From: an uncultured delta proteobacterium
Lineage (GTDB): Bacteria > Desulfobacterota > RBG-13-43-22
Direction: 5' to 3'
DNA length: 64,000 bases
NCBI GenBank assembly: GCA_963743305.1
Contig: CAVUPH010000002.1
Coordinates: 1-64,000 of the forward strand
Part shown: in pieces, positions 55,026-64,000 of the stretch
Layout of the letters: the number at the start of each line of letters is the position of its first letter
How positions within the stretch are numbered: position 1 is the stretch's first letter
Translations under genes and position numbers: made by a program
The notes under the pieces: generated by a model
What the model saw: the letters and a program-made list of their open reading frames with translations, nothing else
What the model was told of the DNA's origin: nothing
Database searches by the model: none

Positions 55026-55730
55026 CTACTTCCCGATTTCTTTGATAAAAGAAGGGTCGATTTTGATTCCTGGACCCATGGTAGTCGAAATAGTTATGCT
55101 TTTGAGATACGTTCCTTTGGCACTGGATGGTTTAAGACGCAGAATAGTGTCGAAAAAAGATAAAATATTGGGGATCAATTTATCCAGCCCGAAGGAAACC
55201 CGTCCCATCGGAGCATGGACGATGCCGTTTTTTTCCACGCGAAATTCGATTTTACCGGCCTTGATCTCACGAATGGCTTTGGCCACGTCAAAGGTTACGG
55301 TGCCGGTCTTGGCGTTAGGCATCAGCCCCCGGGGTCCTAAAATTTTTCCGATTTTTCCCACCTGGCCCATCAGGTCGGGAGTAGCGACGGCCTTATCGAA
55401 TTCCAGCCAGCCGCCTTTGATCTTCTCAATCAATTCTTCCGATCCCGCCACGTCGGCGCCTGAATCCAAGGCCTCTTTTTCTTTTTCCCCTTTGGCAAAA
55501 ACCAACACCCGGGTGGTTTTTCCGGTGCCGTTGGGGAGGACAACGGCCCCCCGAACCATCTGGTCGGCGTGCCTGGGGTCCACCCCCAATCGGACCGCCA
55601 TATCCACCGTCTCGTCAAATTTGACATAGGAGGCTTTAACGGCCAATTGAACCGCTTCTTCCAAGGGATAGCGCTTGGTCCGATCCACTTGCTCACGAGC
55701 CTGATTATAGTTCTTCCCATTCTTTGGCAT
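55026..55730 (-). CDS. rplA: 50S ribosomal protein L1
   Basis: [29 protein letters not shown]. Confidence 0.98.
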   Translation of the reverse strand: MPKNGKNYNQAREQVDRTKRYPLEEAVQLAVKASYVKFDETVDMAVRLGVDPRHADQMVRGAVVLPNGTGKTTRVLVFAKGEKEKEALDSGADVAGSEELIEKIKGGWLEFDKAVATPDLMGQVGKIGKILGPRGLMPNAKTGTVTFDVAKAIREIKAGKIEFRVEKNGIVHAPMGRVSFGLDKLIPNILSFFDTILRLKPSSAKGTYLKSITISTTMGPGIKIDPSFIKEIGK

Positions 55731-55764
55731 AGCGTATTTCCTACCTCTTTTCCTGATAGTTAAC

Positions 55765-56187
55765 TCAGCCGATGTCAATGCCCATGCTGCGCGCCGTGCC
55801 TTCGATGATCTTAATCGCAGCGTTTAAACTGGCGGCATTTAAATCCGGCATTTTTAACTTGGCGATCTCTTCCACCTGGGCCGGTGAAACCCGTCCCACC
55901 TTATCCCGATTCGGCACACTGGATCCTTTAGCAATCTGGGCCGCTTTTTTCAAAAGCACCGAGGCCGGCGGGGTTTTGGTTATAAAAGTGAAGGAACGGT
56001 CGGCAAAAACGGTCAAAACCACGGGGATGATCATCCCTTCCTGGCCCTGAGTGCGGGCATTGAAGGCCTTGCAGAACTCCATGATATTGACGCCGTGCTG
56101 GCCTAGCGCCGGTCCGATGGGGGGAGATGGATTCGCCTGTCCCGCCGGCACCTGCAGTTTTATATAGGCAATGATTTTCTTAGCCAT
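55765..56187 (-). CDS. rplK: 50S ribosomal protein L11
   Basis: [20 protein letters not shown]. Confidence 0.98.
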   Translation of the reverse strand: MAKKIIAYIKLQVPAGQANPSPPIGPALGQHGVNIMEFCKAFNARTQGQEGMIIPVVLTVFADRSFTFITKTPPASVLLKKAAQIAKGSSVPNRDKVGRVSPAQVEEIAKLKMPDLNAASLNAAIKIIEGTARSMGIDIG

Positions 56188-56251
56188 CTCAACGGTTCTC
56201 CTTAAAGTCGAGATTCTTAGTGCCAGGGGTTATTCACTTGGCTGTTTTTGG

Positions 56252-56782
56252 TTAGGACTTGGCCACCTGGACAAAATCCAATTCCACCGGCGTAGAGCGA
56301 CCAAAAATACTGATCAGTACTTTCAGCTTGCACTTATCCGGTTTGACCTCATCCACTACCCCGTTAAAATTGGAGAAAGGGCCGTCGATTACCTGAACTT
56401 CATCCCCCTCCTCAAAGTAAAACTTGGGTTTTGGACGGATCGCCCCTTCGGCCATTTGTTCAATGACCTTTTCGGCTTCCTCGTCCGGTATCGGAGCCGG
56501 CTTGTTCTTTTCGCCGATAAACCCGGTTACCTTGGGGGTATCTTTAACCAAGTGCCAGGTATCGTCATTCAACTCCATTTTAATCAGCACATACCCGGGA
56601 TAAAACTTGCGGGAGGAGGTCTTTCGCTCGCCCTTGACCAGTTCCACCACTTGTTCCGTTGGAACCAAGACTTGCGAAAAAAGAGCTTCCAGGCCCTGGG
56701 ATTTTACTTGCTCCTCCAAGGCCAATTTGACCTTAAGTTCAAATCCCGAATAGGTGTGTACGATATACCATTTATGCGCCAT
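56252..56782 (-). CDS. nusG: Transcription termination/antitermination factor NusG
   Basis: [28 protein letters not shown]. Confidence 0.98.
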   Translation of the reverse strand: MAHKWYIVHTYSGFELKVKLALEEQVKSQGLEALFSQVLVPTEQVVELVKGERKTSSRKFYPGYVLIKMELNDDTWHLVKDTPKVTGFIGEKNKPAPIPDEEAEKVIEQMAEGAIRPKPKFYFEEGDEVQVIDGPFSNFNGVVDEVKPDKCKLKVLISIFGRSTPVELDFVQVAKS

Positions 56783-56854
56783 GGCCCAACCCTGTTACCC
56801 CTTCCTGGGTAAACCGATAAATCCTCACGCCGCCGCTCCTCTGAAAGGAACCGT

Positions 56855-57229
56855 TCAGCGCCCCATAATGGAACCGACCAGTTTGGCTAAGGCCACATCC
56901 AGTATCCCCAAGAAAAAGGCTACTATCACCGAAAGAATAATGACCATGGCGGTGGCGGCCAAGGTCTCTTTGCGGGTCGGCCAGGTGACCTTTTTCAGCT
57001 CCATCCGAACTTCCCGAAAAAAAGTCTTGGTCGGCTCTATAAATTGTAGTTTTTTGGTCCACCCGGCAACCAGCCCCTCGGAGACGCCTTCGTCCGAGGG
57101 GGGTTTTCTCAGGCTGACCTTAGTTTCCTTAGGTGCCATAGCGGATTGGGGGTCTCTGGTTGGTTTGTCCTCGACCGTTTTGTCAATTTCACCCGCCCCA
57201 CTCTTTTTTTTCGGTTTTAGTTTCTTCAT
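56855..57229 (-). CDS. secE: Preprotein translocase subunit SecE with a long soluble N-terminal extension
   Basis: FFREVRMELKKVTWPTRKET plus one TM helix; ATG follows GGGGAG. Confidence 0.93.
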   Translation of the reverse strand: MKKLKPKKKSGAGEIDKTVEDKPTRDPQSAMAPKETKVSLRKPPSDEGVSEGLVAGWTKKLQFIEPTKTFFREVRMELKKVTWPTRKETLAATAMVIILSVIVAFFLGILDVALAKLVGSIMGR

Positions 57230-57262
57230 CTCCCCCGGGTTCCCAGTCCCTTTGAATAAATT

Positions 57263-57339
57263 TGGCAGGCCAGGAGGGATTCGAACCCCCAACACCCGGA
57301 TTTGGAGTCCGGTGCTCTAACCGTTGGAGCTACTGGCCT
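57263..57339 (-). tRNA. tRNA-Trp (CCA)
   Basis: AGGCCAGTAGCTCC...CTCCAAA...GGTTCGAATCC...GCCA cloverleaf. Confidence 0.96.
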
Positions 57340-57372
57340 GCGGATTAACTCCGGTGAATAACGATCGGTTCG

Positions 57373-57522
57373 TTATTTGGTTTCCTTGTGGACCGTGTGG
57401 GTCTGACAGAAGCGGCAATACTTTTTAAATTCCAACTTATCCGGGGTCTTCCGCTTGTTTTTGGTGGTGGTATAATTCTTTTGCTTACAGGTCGTACAAG
57501 ATAAATTAATAATATCGCGCAT
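57373..57522 (-). CDS. rpmG: 50S ribosomal protein L33 (Zn-ribbon type)
   Basis: Manual translation [49 protein letters not shown]. Confidence 0.96.
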   Translation of the reverse strand: MRDIINLSCTTCKQKNYTTTKNKRKTPDKLEFKKYCRFCQTHTVHKETK

Positions 57523-57570
57523 ATTCGTTCCCTGATCCCGACAGACGAGGATTCCTTCTCGACCTGGCTG

Positions 57571-58770
57571 TTATTCCAAGATTTCGGAGATCACGCCGGC
57601 GCCTACGGTCCGACCTCCCTCACGTATGGCAAAGCGGAGTTCCTTCTCCATGGCAATGGGCATGATCAAGGACACCGTCATCGAGACGTTGTCTCCCGGC
57701 ATCACCATCTCCACCCCTTCCGGCAGGGTCACCACCCCCGTCACGTCGGTGGTCCGAAAATAAAACTGCGGCCGATAGCCGTTGAAAAACGGCGTGTGCC
57801 GCCCGCCTTCCTCTTTCGACAGAATGTACGACTCCGCCTTGAACTTGGTGTGCGGCGTGATCGATCCCGTCTTGGCTACCACCTGACCCCGCTCCACATC
57901 GTCCCGCTTGGTCCCCCGCAGCAGCAACCCCACGTTGTCTCCCGCCTGGCCCTGATCCAAGGTCTTCCGAAACATCTCCACCCCGGTACAGATCGTCTTC
58001 ACCGTCGGCCGAATCCCCACAATCTCCACTTCCTCACCGACCTTGATCATCCCGCGTTCCACCCGGCCCGTGACTACCGTCCCCCGGCCCGAAATGCTGA
58101 ACACGTCCTCCACCGGCATCAAAAACGGCTTCTCAATATCCCGCACCGGCTCCGGAACATAGGTGTCGATCGCGTCCATCAGCTCCAAAATCGGCTGGCA
58201 AGCGGGACAGTCCCCTTTCCCGCAACCACACTCCAGCGCTTTCAGCGCCGATCCCTTGATGATCGGAATATCGTCCCCGGGATACTCGTACTTGCTCAAG
58301 AGTTCCCGCAGCTCCAGCTCCACCAGCTCGATCAACTCCGGATCGTCCACCATGTCCACCTTGTTCAAAAATACCACTATGTACGGCACCCCCACCTGAC
58401 GACCCAGTAAAATATGCTCCCGCGTCTGCGGCATCGGCCCGTCATCCGCTCCCACCACCAGAATCGCCCCGTCCATCTGCGCCGCCCCGGTGATCATGTT
58501 CTTGATATAGTCCGCGTGCCCCGGACAGTCCACGTGCGCATAATGCCGCTTCTTGGTCTCGTACTCCACGTGGGCCGTGGCGATGGTAATGCCCCGCTCC
58601 TTCTCCTCCGGCGCCTTGTCGATCTCGTCAAAGGGTATGAAATTCGCAAACCCGCTCTTCGATAAACATAGCGTGATCGCCGCCGTCAAGGTCGTCTTCC
58701 CATGATCAATATGCCCGATCGTCCCCACATTCACATGCGGCTTCGTCCGTTCAAATTTCTTCTTGGCCAT
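57571..58770 (-). CDS. tuf: Elongation factor Tu (tRNA-operon copy)
   Basis: Protein identical to 41005-42204. Confidence 0.99.
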   Translation of the reverse strand: MAKKKFERTKPHVNVGTIGHIDHGKTTLTAAITLCLSKSGFANFIPFDEIDKAPEEKERGITIATAHVEYETKKRHYAHVDCPGHADYIKNMITGAAQMDGAILVVGADDGPMPQTREHILLGRQVGVPYIVVFLNKVDMVDDPELIELVELELRELLSKYEYPGDDIPIIKGSALKALECGCGKGDCPACQPILELMDAIDTYVPEPVRDIEKPFLMPVEDVFSISGRGTVVTGRVERGMIKVGEEVEIVGIRPTVKTICTGVEMFRKTLDQGQAGDNVGLLLRGTKRDDVERGQVVAKTGSITPHTKFKAESYILSKEEGGRHTPFFNGYRPQFYFRTTDVTGVVTLPEGVEMVMPGDNVSMTVSLIMPIAMEKELRFAIREGGRTVGAGVISEILE

Positions 58771-58844
58771 CAGTCTCGTCCCCCTTCGTTAAATTTTCAA
58801 TTTGTTCTGGTTAATTGATCAAGAGTTGAAAGATTCATACCTTC

Positions 58845-58920
<76 letters not shown>

Positions 58921-58984
58921 TTTTCCCTTATATTTGATTCGCCTAAGGCCACCCGAAAAAACCCAGGGCGGCGGCGCTGATTAA

Positions 58985-59061
58985 TGGAGCGGGAAACGGG
59001 ATTCGAACCCGCGACCCTCAGCTTGGAAGGCTGACGCTCTAGCCAACTGAGCTACTCCCGC
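58985..59061 (-). tRNA. tRNA-Gly (TCC)
   Basis: GCGGGAGTAGCTCAG...CTTCCAA...GGTTCGAATCCC...CCA. Confidence 0.96.
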
Positions 59062-59191
59062 CTAATTTGGAAAAATTTCGTAGAACTGGATTTTATGGCT
59101 GTAGTCAAACCAATTTAGTTAAACGAACCTAATCTCCTACACCTTTCCTTGGACGGGAAAACCCGCCAATGGAAACCATATCCTAACGGGC

Positions 59192-59276
59192 TGGTGGAGG
59201 GGGGAGGATTCGAACCTCCGAAGGCATGGCCGACAGATTTACAGTCTGTTCCCTTTGGCCGCTCGGGAACCCCTCC
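59192..59276 (-). tRNA. tRNA-Tyr (GTA)
   Basis: GGAGGGGTTCCCGAG...CTGTAAA, long variable arm, ...ACCA. Confidence 0.96.
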
Positions 59277-59347
59277 TTAAATTAGGGACTTAAGGTAATA
59301 AAGCAAGGGAAGACACAGCAAGAAGATTTTCCTGCCGCCCCGCTACC

Positions 59348-59423
59348 TGGAGCCAGCGAAGGGATTCGAACCCCCGACCAACTGATTACAAATCAGTCGC
59401 TCTACCTGCTGAGCTACGCTGGC
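59348..59423 (-). tRNA. tRNA-Thr (TGT)
   Basis: GCCAGCGTAGCTCAG...TTTGTAA...GGTTCGAATCCC...CCA. Confidence 0.96.
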
Positions 59424-59491
59424 TTTTTAACTCCTTCTATTTACATATAATTTGTCCATCTCCCCGTTATTCCAGGGCATGTAAAACAATA

Positions 59492-59520
59492 AGTATAATA
59501 ATATTTTTTTAAAAAATCAA
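59492..59520 (-). promoter_or_regulatory. sigma70 promoter of the tRNA-tuf operon
   Basis: TTGATT-N17-TATACT with a T/A-rich UP-like tract upstream. Confidence 0.65.
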
Positions 59521-59626
59521 TAAAAAAATTAAATATTTTTGGCCAGACTCCCCCATGCCAAACGCCCGGCCCCTGTCCCCACCCAGGCATTTTCAAATTG
59601 CCTAATTTCCGAGGTTGTGATTATAT

Positions 59627-59942
59627 GCTTGTTAGCCCTCTTGGGTGGCCACCATATACGGTAGCTTAGTCTGAAATTGTTGTTCCATGGCCGCCGGGTC
59701 TCGGCGAAAGGGTTTTCCATATTGCTTTTTTGGTTCTACCCCGGCCCCCATCTGGTCAAATCTTCAAGGAGGCAGGGCCAGCCTGATAGGCATCAAAGGC
59801 CTCTGAGTGTGGGCCTACTTTAAATAAAATTAGTTGATTAGGCCCGGATTCGAATTCCGGAGTACCCGTGGAAAACCCTTTCGCCGAGACCCGGCGGCCA
59901 TACCAGATAGACGGGGGTGCCCACTCAAAAGGGCGAAGCGTT
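59627..59942. mobile_element. MITE-like element, copy 2 (316 bp, inverted relative to copy 1, 8-bp TSD GATTATAT)
   Basis: GATTATAT at 59619-59626 and 59943-59950; ends align exactly with those of copy 1; perfect 33-bp internal IR 59687-59719/59869-59901. Confidence 0.85.
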
Positions 59943-60031
59943 GATTATATATTAAACCCGCATGCCCGGGGCGAGCACCCACGAAGCATGAAAATAAGAG
60001 GGCCGAGATAACTCCCTAACCGAATGATATT

Positions 60032-60077
60032 AATATTCAATAATCAATTGTTCATTATCAATTGATTATTGAATATT
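60032..60077. repeat. Perfect 19-bp AT-rich inverted repeat
   Basis: AATATTCAATAATCAATTG-N8-CAATTGATTATTGAATATT. Confidence 0.75.
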
Positions 60078-60135
60078 GGCCCATTTGCAAGTCATGGAGT
60101 CTATTTTCGTACTAAGTTAAGGAGTATTGCCAGCC

Positions 60136-60594
60136 ATGGAACCAGCACCCGCCCCATCCTCCCGGGAGGAATTAAGCCTGAAACCTTCCTGGAAAAGTTA
60201 TTTCGTTTTTTACGCGGCTATCGTTATCTTTGGACTCGGACCGCTCTTAAACCCCGAGGCGCCCATAAGCCGCGAGATCGGGGGAGCAATTGCCGCCCTA
60301 TTGGCCGCCTTTATAATCCTGATCAGACAATATTCTTCCTATAAATACAGGGCCGGCATATTTAGCCGGGAATTCGGGTGGGGGGGACTGGTTCAGGTAA
60401 AGAAAATGCCTCTGGCTGAGATTGATTCCGTGATCGTCCGCCGGGGCGTGGTCCACCGTCTGGTAGGGATCGGCCATCTGCAATTCCAGCCCGCAACGGC
60501 TGGATCGCCGGATCTTTGGTGGTTTGGCCTGGATCAACCTTTTGAGGTCAAAAAACGGGTTGAACAAATCCTCCGGCGGGAAAAGCCCCTTTAG
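60136..60594 (+). CDS. Membrane protein with a bacterial PH-like (bPH_2/YdbS-type) domain
   Basis: Two TM helices, then PLAEIDSVIVRRGVVHRLVGIGHL. Confidence 0.7.
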   Translation: MEPAPAPSSREELSLKPSWKSYFVFYAAIVIFGLGPLLNPEAPISREIGGAIAALLAAFIILIRQYSSYKYRAGIFSREFGWGGLVQVKKMPLAEIDSVIVRRGVVHRLVGIGHLQFQPATAGSPDLWWFGLDQPFEVKKRVEQILRREKPL

Positions 60595-60600
60595 TTCAAA

Positions 60601-61110
60601 TTACAGCAACTTACTAAGATCTTTTTCGAACCGGCTGGCCGGCACCAAACCGTCATAGCGAGTAAAGGTCTTACCATCCCGATTGATAAGTATAGTGGTC
60701 GGTACCCCGCTGATCTCATACTTTTCCAGCACATCCTTGGATCCCATCAAGATCGGATAGGTAATTTTCATATCCTTGACGAAGGTCATCAGACCTTGGA
60801 GAGGCACGTCCTCATCCAGGGAGATTCCGAGGACCACCAACCCCTTCTCCTTATTCAAACGGTATAATTTAACCAGCTCGGGAATTTCCATCCGGCAGGG
60901 AGGACACCAGGTGGCAAAAAAATTCAAAATAACCACTTTACCCTTAAAATCGGCTAATTTTACTTTTTTTTGGCTGAGGTCCTTCAGGATAAAGTCGGGC
61001 ACGGCCTTTAATCCTTGAGTCCCTGAAGCTGCTTCTTCCCGGGGCCAGGAAAACCAAAGAGCGCCCAAAAAAAACAGGGCCATAAATGCTATTTTTTTAT
61101 TAACTTTCAT
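60601..61110 (-). CDS. TlpA/ResA-family thiol-disulfide oxidoreductase
   Basis: N-terminal anchor; GKVVILNFFATWCPPCRMEIP; VPTTILINRDG. Confidence 0.92.
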   Translation of the reverse strand: MKVNKKIAFMALFFLGALWFSWPREEAASGTQGLKAVPDFILKDLSQKKVKLADFKGKVVILNFFATWCPPCRMEIPELVKLYRLNKEKGLVVLGISLDEDVPLQGLMTFVKDMKITYPILMGSKDVLEKYEISGVPTTILINRDGKTFTRYDGLVPASRFEKDLSKLL

Positions 61111-61114
61111 ATCG

Positions 61115-61840
61115 TTATAAACTCTCTCCGTGCTCCAGTAGGTTAATTAATTCCACCAGCGCCCCGGTAGTTGCTTCCAAAAGAGCCGCTCCTTTTTCCA
61201 GCGAGGCCTTGGCCGGATCACCCCAAACTCCTCCCGGCCAAAATTTTCTTTTGTTCCGGACCAAAATGGCCTTTGGAAAGCTGGGGTACTCCTCCGGACT
61301 ACTTCCCTTAACCCAACCTGGTCTTAAGGCCATCATGACCGACGTTTCCAGTTCCCCCGCGTGGGCATCCCCTTTGGTTTCAATGATCGGCTCCCAAACG
61401 GCCGCTCCTAATTCCAAAATGTTCAAGGCCGCGACTCGAGCCTCAGGAAGCCTTTCCAGAAGAGCTTCCCCCGCTTCAACCAAGGCCGAGGTGTGGGTCC
61501 CCCCGGCATGGCCTGAAAGGATGATTATATTGCGCAACCCTTGCTGATAAAGAGCCGCTCCGATATCTTTAATCAACGCCCTTAAAGTATCTCCGGAGAT
61601 GGTCAGGGTCCCCGGATGCTGGCTGGTACTGCGACAAACCCCATAATAGATGGGCGGGGCGATAAAGGCCCCGGTTCGTTCACCGGCCAGGCGGCAGACC
61701 TCAAAGGCGTGGATAGTATCGGTACCGAGGGGGAGATGATTGCCGTGTTCTTCCACGGAGCCCACCGGGATCAAAACCGTCCGGCTGCCCCGAAGCCGCT
61801 CATGAAACTCCGGCATGGTCAAGGCTTCAATTAGCATCAA
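61115..61840 (-). CDS. Creatininase family amidohydrolase
   Basis: PVGSVEEHGNHLPLGTD, SGHAG, HAGELETS, GVWGDP. Confidence 0.9.
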   Translation of the reverse strand: MMLIEALTMPEFHERLRGSRTVLIPVGSVEEHGNHLPLGTDTIHAFEVCRLAGERTGAFIAPPIYYGVCRSTSQHPGTLTISGDTLRALIKDIGAALYQQGLRNIIILSGHAGGTHTSALVEAGEALLERLPEARVAALNILELGAAVWEPIIETKGDAHAGELETSVMMALRPGWVKGSSPEEYPSFPKAILVRNKRKFWPGGVWGDPAKASLEKGAALLEATTGALVELINLLEHGESL

Positions 61841-61877
61841 GAAAATTTAACGCAATACCAAGGGATAATCAAGGAAT

Positions 61878-63560
61878 TTATGGAGCGTCTAAAACTTCCC
61901 GAACCTTGGCGGCCAGCTCTTCCTCCCGATAGGGCTTTTGAACGAAACCGGAAACGCCCTGTTTCAGGATCTCGCCTACTTCACCTTCGGTACTGTACCC
62001 GGAAGAGAGCAGCACTTTAACCTGCGGATTTATCGCCCTTAATTGCCTATAAGTTTCCTTTCCCCCGATCCCGGGCATCATCACGTCCAGAATAACTAAA
62101 TCGATTTCGCGAGCCTGTTTCCGGTAAATCCTGACCGCCTCCCTTCCCTCAGATGTTGAAAAGACTCGATACCCGCGGTCTTCTAAAAGGTCGACCCCCA
62201 AATCCCGAATAATTTCCTCGTCATCCACCAACAGAATGGTTTCCTTCCCCTGATGGGTATCCGGAACCGAGGGAAGATCTTCGCCATTCAAGGCGACGGG
62301 GGCTATGGCCGGGAGGAATACCGTGAAGGTGCTGCCTGTCCCGGTGTGACTTTGCACTTCAATCGTTCCCCCATGGTTCTGGATGATGCCGTAGACCATG
62401 GAAAGTCCCAGTCCGGTCCCCTGGCCTTTGGCTTTGGTGGTGAAAAAAGGCTCAAAAATTCGATTCCGGACCTCAGGATTCATGCCGGTCCCGGTATCCG
62501 CCAGGGTCAGGCGGATATAACTCCCTTCCTTCATTCCCCGCTGGCGGGAAGCCTGATCCGGGATCATCCGCTGATTCCGGCTGGCAATCTTTAAGGTCCC
62601 CCCTTTGGGCATGGCATCTCGGGCATTAAGGCAGATATTCATCAGGGCCTGCTGGATTTGGGCCTCGTCCCCCTCAATAAGGGCTAACCGAGGGTCGGGG
62701 TCCACCTCAATGGCAATCCGGGGATCAATGGTTCGCTGGAGGATGAGGACAATTTCCTGGATTAAGGCGTTACAGTCGATGGGCCTGACCTGGTATTTCC
62801 CCCGGCGGGCGAACCCTAACAACTGTCTGGTCAACTCCGTCGCTCTTTGGGCCGATCGCTCAATGGCCTCGACCGACTGATAGATTTTATCCCGGGTTGA
62901 AAGTTTTCTTTTTACAAAGGTCGCGTACCCTAAGATACCCCCCAGGAGGTTGTTGAAGCCATGGGCAATCCCCCCAGCCAGGTTGCCGATAGATTCCATT
63001 TTTTGCGACTGCAGGAGCTGTTCCTCCACCCGTTTATGGTCGGTTACGTCCCGGGCCATGCCGATCATCCCGGTCACCCGTCCTTCCTCATCGTAAAGTG
63101 GAGCCGCGCTGCCTAAGAAAAACCGACTGGTCCCATCCTTTTTTAAATAATGCCAATGGACGTTCTCCACGTTTTTTTTGTGGTTCCGGACATCCTTAAA
63201 TACTTGAACTAAAAAATGGTGATCCTCCGGAGGGGCAAATTCAATAAAAAACCGGCCCAACACTTCGGACTCGTCGTGACCGAGGATTTTTTTCCAGCGG
63301 GGGCTGATATAACTCAAGGACCCATCCAATTCGAGGGTGTAGATAATGTCCGGTATACTTTCGATCAGGGTCCGGTAGCGGTGCTCGGTCCGTCGCAGTT
63401 TTTCCTCAGCCACCTGGAGTTGACGCAAAACTCCCTGACGTCCGGGCGAATCTTTACGGAGAGAAACTTTGGGCTTCCCGCCCCCTTTTGGTTTTACGGG
63501 GGATGGGGAAGATCGCGGTTTGGCTTTTTGGTCTTTCAATTGAGATTCCCTCCTCATCAA
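61878..63560 (-). CDS. PAS-domain hybrid sensor histidine kinase/response regulator (CckA-like)
   Basis: PAS; QSQKMESIGNLAGGIAHGFNNLL; NARDAM; FEPFFTTK..GTGLGL; receiver domain LLVDDE..LDVMMP. Start uncertain. Confidence 0.93.
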   Translation of the reverse strand: MMRRESQLKDQKAKPRSSPSPVKPKGGGKPKVSLRKDSPGRQGVLRQLQVAEEKLRRTEHRYRTLIESIPDIIYTLELDGSLSYISPRWKKILGHDESEVLGRFFIEFAPPEDHHFLVQVFKDVRNHKKNVENVHWHYLKKDGTSRFFLGSAAPLYDEEGRVTGMIGMARDVTDHKRVEEQLLQSQKMESIGNLAGGIAHGFNNLLGGILGYATFVKRKLSTRDKIYQSVEAIERSAQRATELTRQLLGFARRGKYQVRPIDCNALIQEIVLILQRTIDPRIAIEVDPDPRLALIEGDEAQIQQALMNICLNARDAMPKGGTLKIASRNQRMIPDQASRQRGMKEGSYIRLTLADTGTGMNPEVRNRIFEPFFTTKAKGQGTGLGLSMVYGIIQNHGGTIEVQSHTGTGSTFTVFLPAIAPVALNGEDLPSVPDTHQGKETILLVDDEEIIRDLGVDLLEDRGYRVFSTSEGREAVRIYRKQAREIDLVILDVMMPGIGGKETYRQLRAINPQVKVLLSSGYSTEGEVGEILKQGVSGFVQKPYREEELAAKVREVLDAP

Positions 63561-63638
63561 ACGGTATTTTCCAGAATTCCCCTCCCGGTGTCAAATGCTT
63601 TCGGAGAGGTATGGCCGGATAGCGGTGATTTAGAAAAT

Positions 63639-63712
63639 GAACGTCCAACATCGTCTTTTTTTCATCGCTTTCCATTAAACATTCGATGTTCGATGTTGGA
63701 CGTTCGATGTTC
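63639..63712. repeat. Inverted heptamer-array element (second copy)
   Basis: GAACGTCCAACATCG...TTCGATGTTCGATGTTGGACGTTCGATGTTC. Confidence 0.7.
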
Positions 63713-63794
63713 ATCTCTTGCTCAACCCTTCCACCGTCCATCTATCGACCAAACAGCTTTGTGCTTATGGTGAGTCGCTCCTGTAATCGCCTTT

Positions 63795-64000
63795 TCACTC
63801 CGCTATCAGGGTGGCCAATTCCACCTGATGGGGGTTGGACGCCGTTTCCGAAGGCCAGGAAACCTTCACGGTCACCAAGACACAACCTGAAGGTGTCCCC
63901 CGACTAATCGAGGTTTCTCGACGGTAAACCAGTGGCAGGTTTCCATTGGTCACCTGAGGCTCTGTTTCCCCCCTGAGGAGCGACACCGGCTGCGACTTCA
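63795..64000 (-). CDS. C-terminal part of a probable type IV pilin/pseudopilin (PilV-like); N-terminus outside the window
   Basis: ...YRRETSI...VLVTVKVSWP...HQVELATLIAE resembles minor-pilin C-termini; the prepilin motif is not visible here. Confidence 0.45.
   Translation of the reverse strand, partial: KSQPVSLLRGETEPQVTNGNLPLVYRRETSISRGTPSGCVLVTVKVSWPSETASNPHQVELATLIAE

Noticed and set aside
57230-57295. SecE ORF start at 57295
   Set aside because: It overlaps tRNA-Trp; the real start is downstream at 57229.

Overview
Bacterial chromosome window. Gene content (sigma-54 activator, cytochrome bd, rubrerythrin, ribosomal protein sequences) suggests an anaerobic Desulfobacterota/deltaproteobacterium; this is inference. 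25.5-59.4 kb is one uninterrupted minus-strand superoperon: tRNA Thr-Tyr-Gly-Thr, tuf, rpmG, tRNA-Trp, secE, nusG, rplKAJL, rpoBC, rpsLG, fusA, a second tuf, then the S10, spc and alpha operons. 0-4 kb is an accessory island with a GIY-YIG nuclease next to a REP-like hairpin, a toxin-first PIN/Phd TA module, several atypical attC-like hairpins with no integrase in view, and a low-GC orphan gene carrying an amyloid-like motif. 4-25 kb holds metabolic and stress genes, including a Cys-rich PAS sigma-54 activator placed directly upstream of a sigma-54 promoter, cydAB and rubrerythrin. The most striking unexplained structure is a ~318-bp non-coding element present twice in opposite orientation (13479-13797 and 59627-59942). 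Each copy has its own exact 8-bp target-site duplication and a perfect internal 32-33-bp inverted repeat showing compensatory changes between copies. Several genes outside the superoperon have single-base indels, mostly in homopolymer runs, which may be sequencing artefacts.
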